NCBI GenBank assembly: GCA_012295275.1
Contig: CM022671.1
Location: 18,042,001 to 18,106,000 of the forward strand
Direction: 5' to 3'
Source: Chrysomallon squamiferum
Lineage: Eukaryota; Animalia; Mollusca
DNA: 64,000 nucleotides
The notes under the pieces were generated by a model that worked only from the letters and a program-made list of their open reading frames with translations, did not search any database and had not been told where the DNA came from. Positions 37,404 through 51,299 of the stretch are shown here, piece after piece. The position numbers and the translations under genes are program-made. Position 1 is the first letter of the stretch. Every line of letters starts with the position of its first letter.

Positions 37404-38941
37404 AAAAAAATATACATATATATTGGGGCTATCTTTTATTATTTCAATATTTATTTTCATTTATGTTTTGTATCTATCTATCTATCTCTATGTCTAATAA
37501 TAGTATTAAATGTTAAAAATTTGTTGTTTTGAATGTAACAACTATCCAGGCTGGATGTAATATTTACTGAATCATAACTATTATCTTGCATCTTGGATTT
37601 ATATATTTTTTTACACTGGAACTTGGATGTAACATAACTGTTTTTGTAGATGTAATAAAACTTGTTGGAATGTAACAGCTATTGTACTGGATACAGCTGA
37701 TCTGTTGGATGTAACATAACTTGTGTTGAATGTAACATAACTGGATGTAAATTAACTGTTTGTCTTGAATTTAACTGTTACATTGATGTAATGTAACAAG
37801 TTGTGCTGAATGTAACATAAATGCTGTATTTTATGTAACATAACTTGTGTTAGATTTAAAATAACTGTTATGGATTTAATTAACATCACTCTCCCATGTC
37901 AGCTATAACATTCTTCAGTTATGGTCCTACAGTTCTACTATGATATAAAAGCAATACCCTAGTTGTGATCGGTTTTTGTATTTTTTAAAACAGAAACCTA
38001 AGCAGGAAGAATCATTACGTCACAAAACATCCACACGGCGAGATTCTGAGGCACTTGACAGTCTGTAAGTTCATTATCGTTCTAGTATTTTAACCCTTTG
38101 GCCACAGGGCACGTTTAAAATGAGCTTGACAATCAGAAACTGTTAACTACACAATAAACTTACCTCTTAAAACTGGCAATATTCAGCACATTTTCAAGTG
38201 CTGATTATAAACAGGGACATCAAGAATACGTATTACCTACCTGTGCTAGAAAACTGACATCCAGTGCAAAGAGTTAATAATATATGTTTTATAACTAAAT
38301 GAATGTATTTAAAGTATTTCTTAAAATCACCGTATCTTTATTTGATAACTTCCTCGAATTCAGCTGTCTTTGTTTAGTATATTTTTTTGAAAATAAAAAA
38401 ATTATCTGGTTGTATTTATTAAATACAAAAATCACTGCTGGTATGGTGTTCATTTTAAGTAATTTTATTTAAATTTTAACATTTGTATTTAAAAGGGTTA
38501 TTTTTTAACTTTATATTTTGTGTTGAAACTATTTATTTACTGCAGTTTCAGCAAGCTTATTGAAGAAACCAAAGGTTCAAAAGAGAAAGCTGTTACCCTG
38601 AGAGAGAGGTATTTATATCATGAGTGTCAGTATGTTATACGAATGTGAAAATCCCTAAAAGACTGAGGCATTTTTTTTTTTTTTTTTTTTTTATATATAT
38701 ATATATATATATTTTTATATAACTTGGCAATATTACATTCAGTCTTTTGGGTTTTTAAATTTACTTCTTCGTTAAAAAATGGCAACATTTGAGCATATCT
38801 TTTGGCTTATTATTTTATTGTCACACTTAATTATTAACAAAGAATAGTTTCAACAACAACCAAAATTGATCCAAATGGAAATTCATCAAATGTACCAAGT
38901 CTGTAAGTTAAGGTAAATTACTATCTTGAAACTTTTATCAC

Positions 38942-38972
<31 letters not shown>

Positions 38973-38975
38973 TTT

Positions 38976-39014
<39 letters not shown>

Positions 39015-39102
39015 ATTTTTCTTTAGTTGTTTTGTGTAATTCTAGTATTCAGTTTGCTTGATAAACATGTTCTGTTCTTTTGTGAAATTAAATTTATTTT
39101 TC

Positions 39103-39133
<31 letters not shown>

Positions 39134-39222
39134 TTTTCAGCATAGGCAGTCTGCCACTTGATTTTGAAACTCCAGAAATATTTGACATGGGTGATACAGT
39201 TTGTAATATCGACATCAACTGA
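26799..39222 (+). CDS. IKK-related Ser/Thr kinase (TBK1/IKK-epsilon-like), 18 exons, 713 aa
   Basis: Exons 26799-26891, 27512-27637, 29158-29287, 29873-29963, 30781-30871, 31551-31708, 32520-32630, 32893-33078, 33390-33613, 34194-34344, 34896-35037, 35542-35648, 36162-36278, 36616-36717, 37180-37276, 37994-38064, 38546-38608, 39141-39222 total 2142 nt in frame. Motifs [77 protein letters not shown], then ubiquitin-like and helical scaffold regions. TBK1 versus IKBKE orthology is not resolvable by eye. Confidence 0.93.
26997..27008 (+). promoter_or_regulatory. ISRE/IRF-binding motif in kinase intron 1
   Basis: GGTTTCGTTTTC reads GAAAACGAAACC on the minus strand and fits GAAANNGAAA. Confidence 0.4.
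27700..28660 (+). mobile_element. Degraded 3' fragment of a non-LTR retrotransposon (RNase H-containing, I/Ingi/Nimb-like) in kinase intron 2
   Basis: Broken frames encode [12 protein letters not shown] (RNase H start), [26 protein letters not shown] (C-terminal zinc knuckle) and [17 protein letters not shown], with stops and frameshifts. Boundaries approximate. Confidence 0.8.
30130..30768 (+). mobile_element. Degraded tRNA-headed SINE (Nin-domain-like), interrupted in the middle, in kinase intron 4
   Basis: A-box-like head TAGCTCAGTAG, core AAAGGCCATTGTATGT..AAAAGATCCCTT..GGCGGCAGCAGGTTTC, tail GTGTTGAG..GTTAAATAAAACATTTCCTTCCTTC. Family assignment is from memory of molluscan SINEs. Confidence 0.65.
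33930..34040 (+). repeat. Short degenerate tandem repeat (~45 bp unit)
   Basis: TAATGGTTGT..AAGTGA..ATATTGATTAAAGT.CAGCAA occurs twice plus a partial copy. Confidence 0.7.
37540..37880 (+). repeat. Degenerate minisatellite in kinase intron 15
   Basis: Recurrent GGATGTAACATAACT / GAATGTAACATAA units. Confidence 0.8.
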
Positions 39223-41883
39223 TACATCCTTTATTCTGTGACCTGAACAGTTAAACACTTTATCCTGTGACACAGAAAATCCTCTAACACACTTCCAGAG
39301 ACATTAAGATAATTTATGAAAATAATACACCCCCCAAAAAAACATATAAATAAAATTGTTCCAACATATAACACATAACCAGAAAGCACAGTGGTATACA
39401 ATAAACACAATGTCCCCCCCTCCAAAAACCCCCAAAACACACAGGTACATAACATGACAAAAAAGACAAATACACAAACACACAAAAACACAAATGTCAA
39501 AGTATACAATACATGCACACATATAGAGATACCATATACTGGTTTATGATATATTTGTGTATATGTATATATATATATATTCTGAGAAAAGAAACATTCC
39601 ACAATATAACTGAATGTAGCTTACTACTGTAAGCAAACAAACACAGAATGAAGATACACAGATATACAAGCCACTTTGAAGATAAAAAACAAAATACAGG
39701 ATAAAAGATCATCTTTGGGATAACATTTCATAATAAATAGAAATTGTTTTAGTTGAACTTTTTACATTTACTTTCAGATTTGTCATGCCTTGAAATTATA
39801 GATTTAATGTGATTAATGTGAACACTTTTTTAATAATAATAAAAACGTTATATTACATTATTATATTAGATCATACATGATGATATATGTTATATTTATT
39901 TTTATTTTATTTATATATAGCAATATATTTATGTTCAGGAATCCATGTTATAAAGAGGTTTTGTTTATAATAAGCTGACTTTGTACAGCTTTATAATAAA
40001 TTGTATATAATTAAAATGTTTGACTTGTATAACTTCATAATAAATGGTACATAAATACACTATATAGAAAATATATCTTCAGATGTAGGAAAAGAAAAAA
40101 AAATCTGTAGCAAAATCAGTCAAAGTAAATTGTTGTTTTTTATTATTATTTTTAGTTTAGATTTTTGCTAATTTTGGCTTAATTCATTGATTCTTTATGT
40201 CTGGCTAACTTATTTTTCACAAAATAACAAATATTTTATTAATAATAACTTTAATGACTTTGAAAATGTTTATTCTTGCTATTTTAATTTTAAATTTACC
40301 TACATAAATATTACCTGTATTATTTTTTGTTCTTCATAGTAATTAACATGATAAAAAATAAAGTTAGCAAGATTCATGTTGTGATATAATCATTGTTTTA
40401 GGATCAATGCAGACTTGTCTATAATTGTTTAAAAAGTATATAAAAAAAATAAAATTGTGTGTGTGCACTTGCATGTGTTTAGATTGTATACATAAAAATC
40501 TGATAGAGATGAAAAAGAAAGAGAGTATTCATTATTAAATGTTTGCAAATGATATATAATTATATATTATCAAAATATTGCTGTTAGAAGCATTTCTATT
40601 TTTATTAAAATTACATTTGTTTACAAGATCCTAATCTTATAATTTTACAACATAATTATACACATAATTATATACTTTTAATTTTGAATAACCATTTATT
40701 TACTGTTAGGTACACTGCATTTGTGTTACCTTTGTTATTTCAGTGCGTTTAATAAAGATAAAATTCAGCAAATTAAAAATGACTTGTTGAAAGGACTAAA
40801 AAAAAAAAAATTTATTGCAATAGTGTCTAAAATTTGGAAAATGAATAACTCCTCAGATAGAACAGTCATAAGATTAAATAATTTTCTCAAAATTATCTCG
40901 GCAATTTGCGAAGATCTCTTCTTTTCTATAAGAATATTATTTGAAAAATGATTCAATAAAGTGCTGAATTACTAACAAATTATCTTTGTGTTGTTTGTTT
41001 CCATTCCGCTGTCCTTAGCTGCAGGGCTAGATTCAGTTGTGGCAAAGACGTAAACTGAATGTTACTTTAATTGCTTTGTAATAGTATACTGTGTTATTAT
41101 TTAAATGAAATTCGTAGATGACATCTCTGAAGTGGGGCCCTAAGCTGTTTTACCAAGCAATTTAAAAACCATCTTAAATGGTTTCACGACATATCTGTAG
41201 GAGTTGTATGAATAGTTAGTTGTTTTATTATGTATATATAATCTTAATGTGTTACTGCCCTTAAATGTCATTGTTGATAACCATTTATTCAGAAAAGAAT
41301 CACGTTATTGTTAATAGGATTGTAATTGCTAATGGTTTCTACATAGCTCACAAAGAAATAATATTATTACATACGATATTTTTCTACAGTATGTATAGTT
41401 GATATCAGCTAATACTTCAGTCTGAAAATCCCATCCAGTGAGTTAAAATGCATTCTGTAGTATCTTTCAGGTTGAAGATTGTTTTCATTAGCAGTAGCAC
41501 CAGAACTGATGTGTATGCAAGTTTTGAAGCTGTATGAGTTGTAGCTGCAATTTTTTTTATTTTTTTTCCGACTAGTTCAGTACGTCGGAGACTTGTTTTT
41601 CGCATTTTAATCATGAAGAATCGGTCGGCTGAAAACAGTTCTTGATGACAAGTCATGTGAAGTAAAAAAAAAACAGTCGATGATTGGCTGAACTCGATGA
41701 CGTTTATGTGATGCTTTCATATAACAATGGTTGCTTTACCAAACCGATGCCGATTTCTGCATTAAAGTGTTAAGCGTTCTAAACCTTTAATGCTAGATCA
41801 AACACAGCTATGAAGATTTCTAGTTAGCAGAACACATTACCGATAGACTTAGCTCGATAGCGCCGAACGTTAAAAAACAACAA

Positions 41884-41916
<33 letters not shown>

Positions 41917-42423
41917 AAACAACGGAAATATCTGCCAAAGACACATTGCAATACATGTTTGTTTTTTTTTTTTTTTTTAAATCAATTTGTCATCAGACAG
42001 CATAATGTGGCCTTGTTACAGATTCAATCCGGTGTCATCCAAGACATATCGTTGAACATGCGCAGTACACGACCTGACAGTATTTGGCAGCTGCAGGTAG
42101 TAATCTCAGAGGAGAAATGTCAACTTTTCAGATGAACGATGGCATCATCGTCAGTTTTCCAGATGGCCGCTTTCACGTCTGCTGTCGTCGACTTGAAGGC
42201 TTTGTTCAGCGCTGTGTCACTGGAGAACCATTCCACAAGTTGCTCTCAAAGACTTTTTAATTATGCCTTGCCGTACTTAACTGTGCATTGTTGCAAACAT
42301 TATGTAGTCACTGCTTGCCTGAGTGACACCGAATATATTACCTTGCCTTATGATCTCCGATACATTTATCTTGATAAATAAAAATAAAAATACCTTTCTG
42401 ACAATCTCATAGATCTCATAGAC

Positions 42424-42424
<1 letters not shown>

Positions 42425-42496
<72 letters not shown>
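42425..42496 (+). repeat. (TC)n microsatellite
   Basis: About 36 dinucleotide units. Confidence 0.95.
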
Positions 42497-42499
<3 letters not shown>

Positions 42500-42913
42500 C
42501 GGTAATATAGTTAAATAATAAACTCCTTTATGAAATCTATAAACAAAAATATAAAAATTAAAAATAAAATAAGTACACATGTAAATAAACAAACAAACAA
42601 AGTGCTAAGTATTTTAATACGTGTCAAATTATATTTTTTCAGAAGAATATCGTTGAATAATAAACCTATTTATAAAACCCGGTGGCATTTTAAAAAATAA
42701 AAAAATAATGAATAATGTACAATGTATTTTCAGCAGGTAAATAATAAACTCATTTATAAAACCCACAGGCATTTAAAAAATAAATTAATTAAAAATTAAT
42801 AAGCAATTTAACATGTATGAAGATTTTAACTTTTTCCGCAGGAAGTAATGTTTATTTTATTTTATTTTTTAAATTTGTATGAATTATTTAAATTTAAATT
42901 TAAATTTAAATTT

Positions 42914-42944
<31 letters not shown>

Positions 42945-43411
42945 TCAGTCAAGTACGCGCCATGTGATACCAATAATACTGATTCCGCGAAAGAGTCAAC
43001 TTAACATGTGTTCCGTTATGTTCGAAAGCAGTCATGATTCGCTTATTATATCCAGCCAAAAAAAAAACTATAAAAAAAACCAGTCGTTTATATTAAGTGG
43101 TAATTTTATTATGATTTGCACGTCCTATCGACACCGTAGAGATGTGAAAGTAAACAGAAAGCACTTTCCACTGACATTTGATTGCTCTTCTGTAAACGTA
43201 TTGCAGAGAGCAAACAGGGGAGCTAACACCGTCTCTTACCAACAGCCCGGCGAACAAATTTATCGATTCCAGCAAGTAAAAGAAATGTTCCGAGAAAGTC
43301 GTTTCTATAGCACGGACGCGCTTTGCCGAACGCGGACGGAAAACCCGATGCTTTGCGCCGAGCTTTCTTTGCCGTCTATAATCTAGCTGCTGTAGAAAGT
43401 GACATGGCGGC

Positions 43412-44692
43412 ATGGGATGTCGTTCCAGCAAACATGGATTCAGTAAAGTGAGGGTCTCGGAATCGGCGCGTTCCGGAACCAACAGCGTCACGTCGAGTTC
43501 GCGAAAACTGTTCTCGAGGAAGATCAGATCCGTGACGAGCTGGAGTTCGGGTCAGTGGAACTCCACCGTTCTCGTGAAGACGCCCGACACCTGCGACAAG
43601 ACGGTCAAATCGGCGCCGTCGAGGGAATTGCAGTTCACGGACTTCTGCACGACGAAGGCGACGTACAACGTCCTGGGATCGAAGACGTCGACGATCACGG
43701 TGCGACTGTCGAGCGATGGGTCCACGCTGCAGATCGAACAGTGCGAGATGCCGCTGCTGTCGTCGATGCAAAGATCGGAAAGTGCTCCTTGTCTTGGGTG
43801 TAAGGGTAAACGGGATAATAAGAACATCAACAAAACGTTCACCGTAGCGGCTCAGATGAACCCTTTTTCAGCCGGCAATTCTAGCGATCAGTCGGAGGAC
43901 AGTGGTTCTAAATTGATACACGCTGTGGAAATCGGTGCTCGAGAGGCCGAAGTAACGAGTGGCGAGATGAAAACGGATTTAAGTCCTGAAAAGGAAAACG
44001 TAATGAAAATGAACGGGACGATTCCACAAGACGTTACGCATTCAGATACGAGAACGCCGACACAACGCACGTGCACTGACGAGAATCAGATCCACGTCAG
44101 CGCAGGTGAATGCACGTGCCTTTTGCAAGACGAAATAAACAAAAACTGCAGTTCTCCGTCTCACGGAAAAAACGTGAACGAAACCGAGGACGGTTCAGAC
44201 AGCACGAAACATTTAGACCAGGACGTGAGCAACAACAACAACTTAAACGACGGATGTTCGAAGCTCAAGTACAGCGTGGGCAAGATACTGCACTGCTACA
44301 AATCGCAGGTGAACGAAAACGCCAAAGACTTAACCATTTCGTACGAACGGATCCCGGCTCGCGACGGAAATCACTGCGTGGTGACAGAGGCAACGGTAAG
44401 AGGCAACGTCACCTACACAACAGACACACTAACCAACGATCTGGACGAAAACCAGTGGGCGGACTGTGATAACAGGAATTTGTTTGACTGCACCAACCCT
44501 TCGCTCTGTGTTTCCCTCTCGCCCGCGGGGCAGCCCGAGCAGTTTTCTGGGTGCGGGCTGTACGACGGGGAATACCCCAACAGTGGCGACGGCGACAATA
44601 CCTCGTCGTATTCAGCGAGCGCGGGACAGGCGGACCTTCAGCACCTTAACGAAACGAAAGATCTGATTATGGCTAATCACGACGTCCCGCAG
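43412..44692 (+). CDS. Large first coding exon of an unidentified gene (MGCRSSK N-terminus, mostly low-complexity)
   Basis: 436-codon ORF, strongly GC/CpG-rich against background, ATG in good context (GGCATGG). Candidate donors CAG|GTACGT at 44692 and ATG|GTAAGT at 44714. No recognisable domain; downstream exons not identified. Confidence 0.75.
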
Positions 44693-45399
44693 GTACGTCG
44701 AAATTTAATTAATGGTAAGTAGAGATATTTCGCTGGGTCATACTGCTCGGCAGTTACCAGCTTGAAAACAAAGTGTCAGATACACCGCCGAGTAATCACA
44801 TAGCTTTCATTATTATTTGTTCTCACGGTGTTAGTTAAATTATAATATTGTACAGGTTTCAAATACTAGTTTCGTATGTAAAATATTAAAAACAAACATT
44901 ATATGTGTATATACTAAATTCAAACATTGCTTGTACATTACAGTGTATGATAGTTAGGGACATGCAAACATAAACATCACATATACATTGATATGTAATA
45001 TACTAAATAGAAATATTACCTATACATTAGAAAGTAATGTAATCAGGGACATACAAATCACATTTGGATTGATTTATAAACTGAAACACTACGTTCGAAC
45101 ATGATCTTATACAGTAATAAGTAATATGCTGTGTAAAATATTGATCTTAGATATTATTATATATTATCTCCGAAAAACAACAACAAAAATAAAAACAACA
45201 ACATAAAATAAATAAGTAAGTAAATAACCAACCAATCAACCAAAATAACAAGTACAAAATATTACGTAATGTTTAAGGGAAATATATTACTAATATATTA
45301 CAAAATAATATGCTTATATGGAAAATACTATTAAAGATACTACCATTCATAATGTTACATTATAATGTGATCTCAAAATGCTAAATATTAATAGTTTAA

Positions 45400-46080
45400 T
45401 ATCACCAGATTTACCAGAACATTATTAATACATTACAATGTAACATTACATGGAAACATTATTTACACATTACAGTGTAATATAACATAAAATAGTATTA
45501 ATACATTACAATGTAATATTACATTAAAACCATTTATACATTCCAATATAACATAAGACATTATTAATACATTACAATGTAATATAACATAAAACACTAT
45601 TAATACATCACAATGTAACATTACGTGGAACATTTATTTATACATTACAGTGTAATATAACATAAAATAGTATTAATACACTACAGTGTAATATTACATT
45701 AAAACCATTTATACATTACAGTGTAATATAACATAAAATAGTATTAATACACTACAGTGTAATATTACATTAAAACCATTTATACATTCCAATATAACAT
45801 AAGACATTATTAATACACTACAATGTAATATTACATAAAACATTATTAATATATTATAATGTAATATTACACAAAAGACCGTGAAGCATTAAATCAAAAC
45901 ATTAATATTTTACTATGTAATGCTACATAAAACATTATTAATATATTATAATGTAATATTACACAAACGATCGTGAAGTATTAAATCAAAACATTATTAA
46001 TACGTTAAAATGTAATATTAAATTCTAACATTTTTTTTAATATATCGCGATGTAACAAGACTGTGAAATATTAAAATAAA
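45400..46080 (+). repeat. AT-rich minisatellite (~35-36 bp subunit, 71 bp higher-order unit)
   Basis: Recurrent ATTAATACATTACAATGTAATATTACATAAAA; 45641-45711 is repeated at 45712-45782. Confidence 0.9.
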
Positions 46081-46269
46081 ACATCTTTACTGACTGAAGG
46101 GAATCTTCGATTTCAGTGCAGTAATTAGATGTCACAGTTTGTGATTCGTTATTCGTTCACATCCTCACAAACCTCTTGGCAACAGATCATCATGCCATAA
46201 ACAGATTTTCAATTTCAAACTGTAGAAATGTGTTATCGTATATGATATACATGCCTTTTTCTGGCGGTG

Positions 46270-46595
46270 AGTGAATGAATATTTGTTTAACGACATGACA
46301 TTTTTTTTTTTTTTGTATTTTTTTTTTCAAATGTGAACCCAAAATAAGATAACTAATTTATGTGTGTTGGGAGTATTTATTTATGATGACGATACGTAAG
46401 AAGAAACCAGAGGTCGCCACTGATAGCATAAATCACATTTTTGATTATAAGTAAGGTTATTTTTATCTGCTTTCTTATGTATAGGGACATATATATAGTA
46501 GATAGACATATATATAAAGCTGTCTTCTTACTGGGCCACCGGTGCTTAACAATTCCAAAACTGGCTAGAACAGGAAATAATTGAATGGGGGCACA
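46270..46595 (-). mobile_element. Highly degraded SINE of probably the same family, reverse orientation
   Basis: TTTAACGAC, GAAACCAGAGGTCGCCACT and ACTGGCTAGAACAGGAAATA correspond, in order, to reverse complements of tail, core and head blocks of the 30130-30768 element. Confidence 0.4.
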
Positions 46596-46976
46596 ATATT
46601 TTATCCTAAGAACATCATCCAATATAGTCAAAGAATCATAAGCATATATTGCCAAAAACACCAAAACAACCTCCCCAAATCGCGTAATATAAAAAATTGT
46701 TTATTTATTTATTTAAAATGTGTTGGAATAACGGATAAATAATATTTTACTATATTTGATGAGAACTGAATGTTGTAATGTTTTGTGCTACAAAATGATT
46801 ATAATAACAACAAAAGCAAAAACCTTCACATACATACACTCATATATAGATGGATAGATGTTTATTTATATATACAGACATACAAGTATATCTATATCTA
46901 CATATCTATGTATATATATATCTATATCTATATCTGTCTGTCTGTCTGTCTGTCTATCTACTATCTGTTTATCTTG

Positions 46977-47012
<36 letters not shown>

Positions 47013-47308
47013 ACAAAGAGACAAAAAATAGAGGGAAATAGAAAAAAAGAGAGATGTAAATTTTAAGAATTTTCAGTGAAGACACATACATATGATAACA
47101 ATAACAAAGAAAGAAACAAAATGATCTCATTTTCTTCTTTTGACCTTATATTTAAGAATAATATAATTTAAAAAAAACATTTTAAAAAAAGAGGTTTTAA
47201 ACTTAGAAAAATATATGTTTCTCTGTGTTTTAAAACATACATCTTCCTCAAAAACCCAAAATAGTTGTACTAGTAGTAGTAGTAATAATAATAACAGTAG
47301 CAGTAGTT

Positions 47309-47341
<33 letters not shown>

Positions 47342-47408
47342 GTAATTACAGAACTGCAAATGAAGTTAATAAAGCAGAAGTCTTATTTCACATATGAGCC
47401 GACCAGAA

Positions 47409-47447
<39 letters not shown>

Positions 47448-47910
47448 ATGATATCTTTTTCTTTGCGCGAAGAAGGAAACTTGATATCTGACATTTGGAA
47501 AAAAGATGTGTGTGATAGGAAATTATCTTATATTTATATATATTACTCTGACAGAAAACGAAAAAAATCCCCCCAAAAATCAATGAAGTTAGTCGAAAAG
47601 CTCAGATGCAAATCGCTGAGTGTACTGTAACATGAATGTGATATTCTTCACTAACCAAGTGATGCATTCGTGAAGCTTGTATTTAATTTACGCTTGAATT
47701 CCTTAATTTTTCTCCGCTTCTTTTTTTTTTCCCAAGAGTTTTAGAATTTGAATCATTATTCTCTGTTTCTCTTTTTCTTTCTCTCTGTCTCTGTTCTCTT
47801 TACTCTGCTTTCTAATCAGTTCTCGTTCTCTTAATTTTTCACTAATTTCTTTCTTTCTTTCTCTATTATCAGTCTGTCTGTCTCTTATTGTGTGAGTATA
47901 TATATATATA

Positions 47911-47979
<69 letters not shown>

Positions 47980-49954
47980 GCACGCATACATACACACAAC
48001 TAACACACACGTGATATATTTATATACATTTAATAATGTATATGAAGACTGGAAAGAGATATTAGGAAACCTATATTTTACACATGGAAAATGCATAATG
48101 CGATAGAATTTCTCTTGTATCCGAAGAAACTCTTAAAGGTAAATCTCGTGACAGTCAGTGTATAATTTAAGCATTAATGATGCAATGAGATAATTAACTG
48201 TCTAATTAAGAAGGGTATTAATAAGACAGGGCGTTAAATGATGTATAGGTTCATACACTTGTCATATAATTTAACAGGGTTTTCTGCTCTTGATACGATG
48301 GATAGTAACTATGCTTAATGAGCATAAGCTAATCATTTTTTAAAAAATCGAAGCTTTTAATAATTTTTGGTTGGAAAGTTTATAGAGTTTGTAATTGACA
48401 TTCAAAGACAACATTTAAACATTCGTATGTAGATTCATTGATGTGCCATTTTGTTCATCTTTCAGAACATGCATACATACGTACATACGTACATACATTC
48501 ATACATACATACATATATTTCAGTAACGAAATCAAGTGGTCCAACGCCACCTGTTGAACAAACAATACGAACAATTGTTCCAACCCAGTATAAATATTTA
48601 AATTAGTTTCAAGGTCTGGTTAAAGATGCCAAAATTACACATAAAATCGGTTCATTCTATAAATATATGTGCGAATGGAGGACTTACTTTGGCAACGGAT
48701 TTGGCGGTCATCTTGTAAAAAGGGCACCTTATTGGAATTTCAAGTAATTCATTGATTTGGTGTAAAGAGGCCCAAATGCATTATTTAGCTCAAATTGTTT
48801 TAAAAATATCCAATTTAAAAAAATAATAATAATAATAAAATAAAATAAATGAGAGTCATTTTGGACGTGGCAGTATATTAAATCAGTATATTAGCCAGAC
48901 CCAACAGAAAAACCGCGTTCATCCAAAATTTGTTTTGTTTACGTTCATAAAATCGAATACAAAAATATAAGTTTTCTGGTCTGTGCGGTATCAAGCTTAT
49001 CCTGGAACTGGTTTGTTAAAGCTGCTAACAACGAAAACAATACCAGAACTAATGACGCTGAAAGCAGGGAGGATACTATTATATTACATTACTGTAATGA
49101 TCAAACTAATTCTCAATGTCAACCGAACTAAACTATTTACGTCGGACATGAGCAAGCATGTTGTGCATGTCTCCCAGTCTGCCGATTGCATTGATTTAAG
49201 AACGTTAATGATTTAAAATCGATTACTCCATCAGACGAGCTGTATGTGAATGCTTTCACAATAATTACATTGGCCAACGCTGAAACCTGTAGCGTGCACG
49301 CGATTATCAGGTTCCGACTATTACACTCGGTAACAGGCGGTTTTAAATATTAACTGGCGGTATTACATGCCAGAAGATACGCTACAAGCAAGGTCGATGC
49401 GATCATGCGGATTTAAACGAGAGATTATAAATCCATATAATTGCACAGTTATCGCTTCCTGTTACATAATTACATTCTTAATGTGTCTTCATCATACACA
49501 TTTTGATCGTATTAGCACTTCTTGGTCATGTATATGCATTCTGTTCAGGCAAACGCATTCGGATCATACAAATACATTCTAATAAAAGAAATGGCAATTT
49601 TGATGACGTCAACGTATTCCTTAGTATCATTTGGGTTGTTATTAAAAAATATTGAAAGTTTTTAAACCAGTGCAGACCTGAGATTTATACCATAGTGCAT
49701 GAAGTCCATCGTAAAACAAAACTTCAAAGGAATTCCCATCAACCAGAGCGATCATAAACGTATAAGTTGAGTTCTTGTGATATCTTTTTAGACAGTTTAT
49801 AGTTATATATAATTCAAGTTTAACTTGTTTCGTTATTCTTATAGAGTGCAATTTACGTGAGTATATAATAGGGCATTTGTTGGAAGCTATTGCTAATGAA
49901 GGTTCGTTCTGATATCCTTTTTTTTTTTTTTAATTTAATCTTGACCAAAGCGTA

Positions 49955-50340
49955 ATTTCAGTATTCACCTGACTGTTGTTTCATTTTTCACCTGTCTATA
50001 GTTCCAATATTCACCTGTTTTTAGATTTCAGTACACTACTGTCTGCAATTTCAATATTCGCCTTTCTGTAGTTTCAATATTCACCTGTCTGTAATTTCAT
50101 TCTTCATCTGTCCACAATTTCAATATTCACCTGTCTATAATTTCAATATTTACTTGTCTGTAGTATTCAATACTCGCGTGTCTGTAATTTCAGTATTAAC
50201 CTGTCTGTAATTTCAATATTCGCCTTTCTGTAATCTAAATATTCACCTGTCTGTAGTTTTAATATTCACCTATCAATAATTTCAGTATTGACTTGTCTGT
50301 AATTTTTAAAACTCACGTGTCTTTAATTTGAATATTATCT
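49955..50340 (+). repeat. 23-bp minisatellite
   Basis: Consensus TTTCAATATTCACCTGTCTGTAA, roughly 16 degenerate copies. Confidence 0.9.
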
Positions 50341-50578
50341 TGATTTATGAAAACTGTATTTTGTTCATGGTTTTCTCATATATACTAATCCACACACACG
50401 TACATACATACATAAATTCATACATTCATATATATACACACACATATATACATACATAACAAACATACAAACAAACATACATAAATACATACATACATAT
50501 ATGGAAACATATAAACATAATAATCATCTATAGAAAAACGTCCGTACACACATATCTACGTATAAAATAAAAAAAATA

Positions 50579-50611
<33 letters not shown>

Positions 50612-51078
50612 GAACTACAAAATATAAAACTACTAAAAAAAAAAGAATTAACAAAAAAAAAAAAAAAAGAAACAAAAACAGGAATATCTAGTAAAACAAA
50701 GGAAAACAAATTAATAGCTTAATAAACTGAAATAATTATGTTTCTACGAAAACCTGATCTTCTATCATGAACATACTGACAAACTACAGGATTCTAAAAA
50801 AATTAAAATGTAATATAATTTTGGCAAATTCGGTTTTATTCTTCACAACAAAATATCGATTTCCAATCGTTTCCATACCTCTGTGTTCAGTTTCCAAGCT
50901 TCTCACGTAACTGGAAGTCTGTAGATTTCCGAGGCTTCCGAAGCCCTTTGAAGTTGTGTGCTAATCTTCATGAACATAACAGTAACTGAAGAAACTAAAA
51001 AGAATGAGACGAAAACAAAACATGACTGTTGTTACTGTTGCTATCATTTTAATAGTTGTTATTGTTTATTATTAATTG

Positions 51079-51112
<34 letters not shown>

Positions 51113-51267
51113 GGTCGTCATTATTATTATTACTATTTTGTGACTGAGTAACAAAGGAATCACTCGCTCACCGCAGTTCTTACGTATTTGCACAAAGGGA
51201 TTTTGATTATTCGTGTTGTTAAAGAAACACACACACACACACAACACACACAAACACACACACAGAG

Positions 51268-51299
<32 letters not shown>

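Noticed and set aside
42964-44666. Several overlapping ORFs around the 436-aa ORF
   Set aside because: By-products of high GC content in alternative frames and strands; none has independent support.
45400-46080. CRISPR-like appearance of this array and those at 49955-50340 and 60400-60830
   Set aside because: Eukaryotic context, degenerate contiguous units, no unique spacers and no cas genes.
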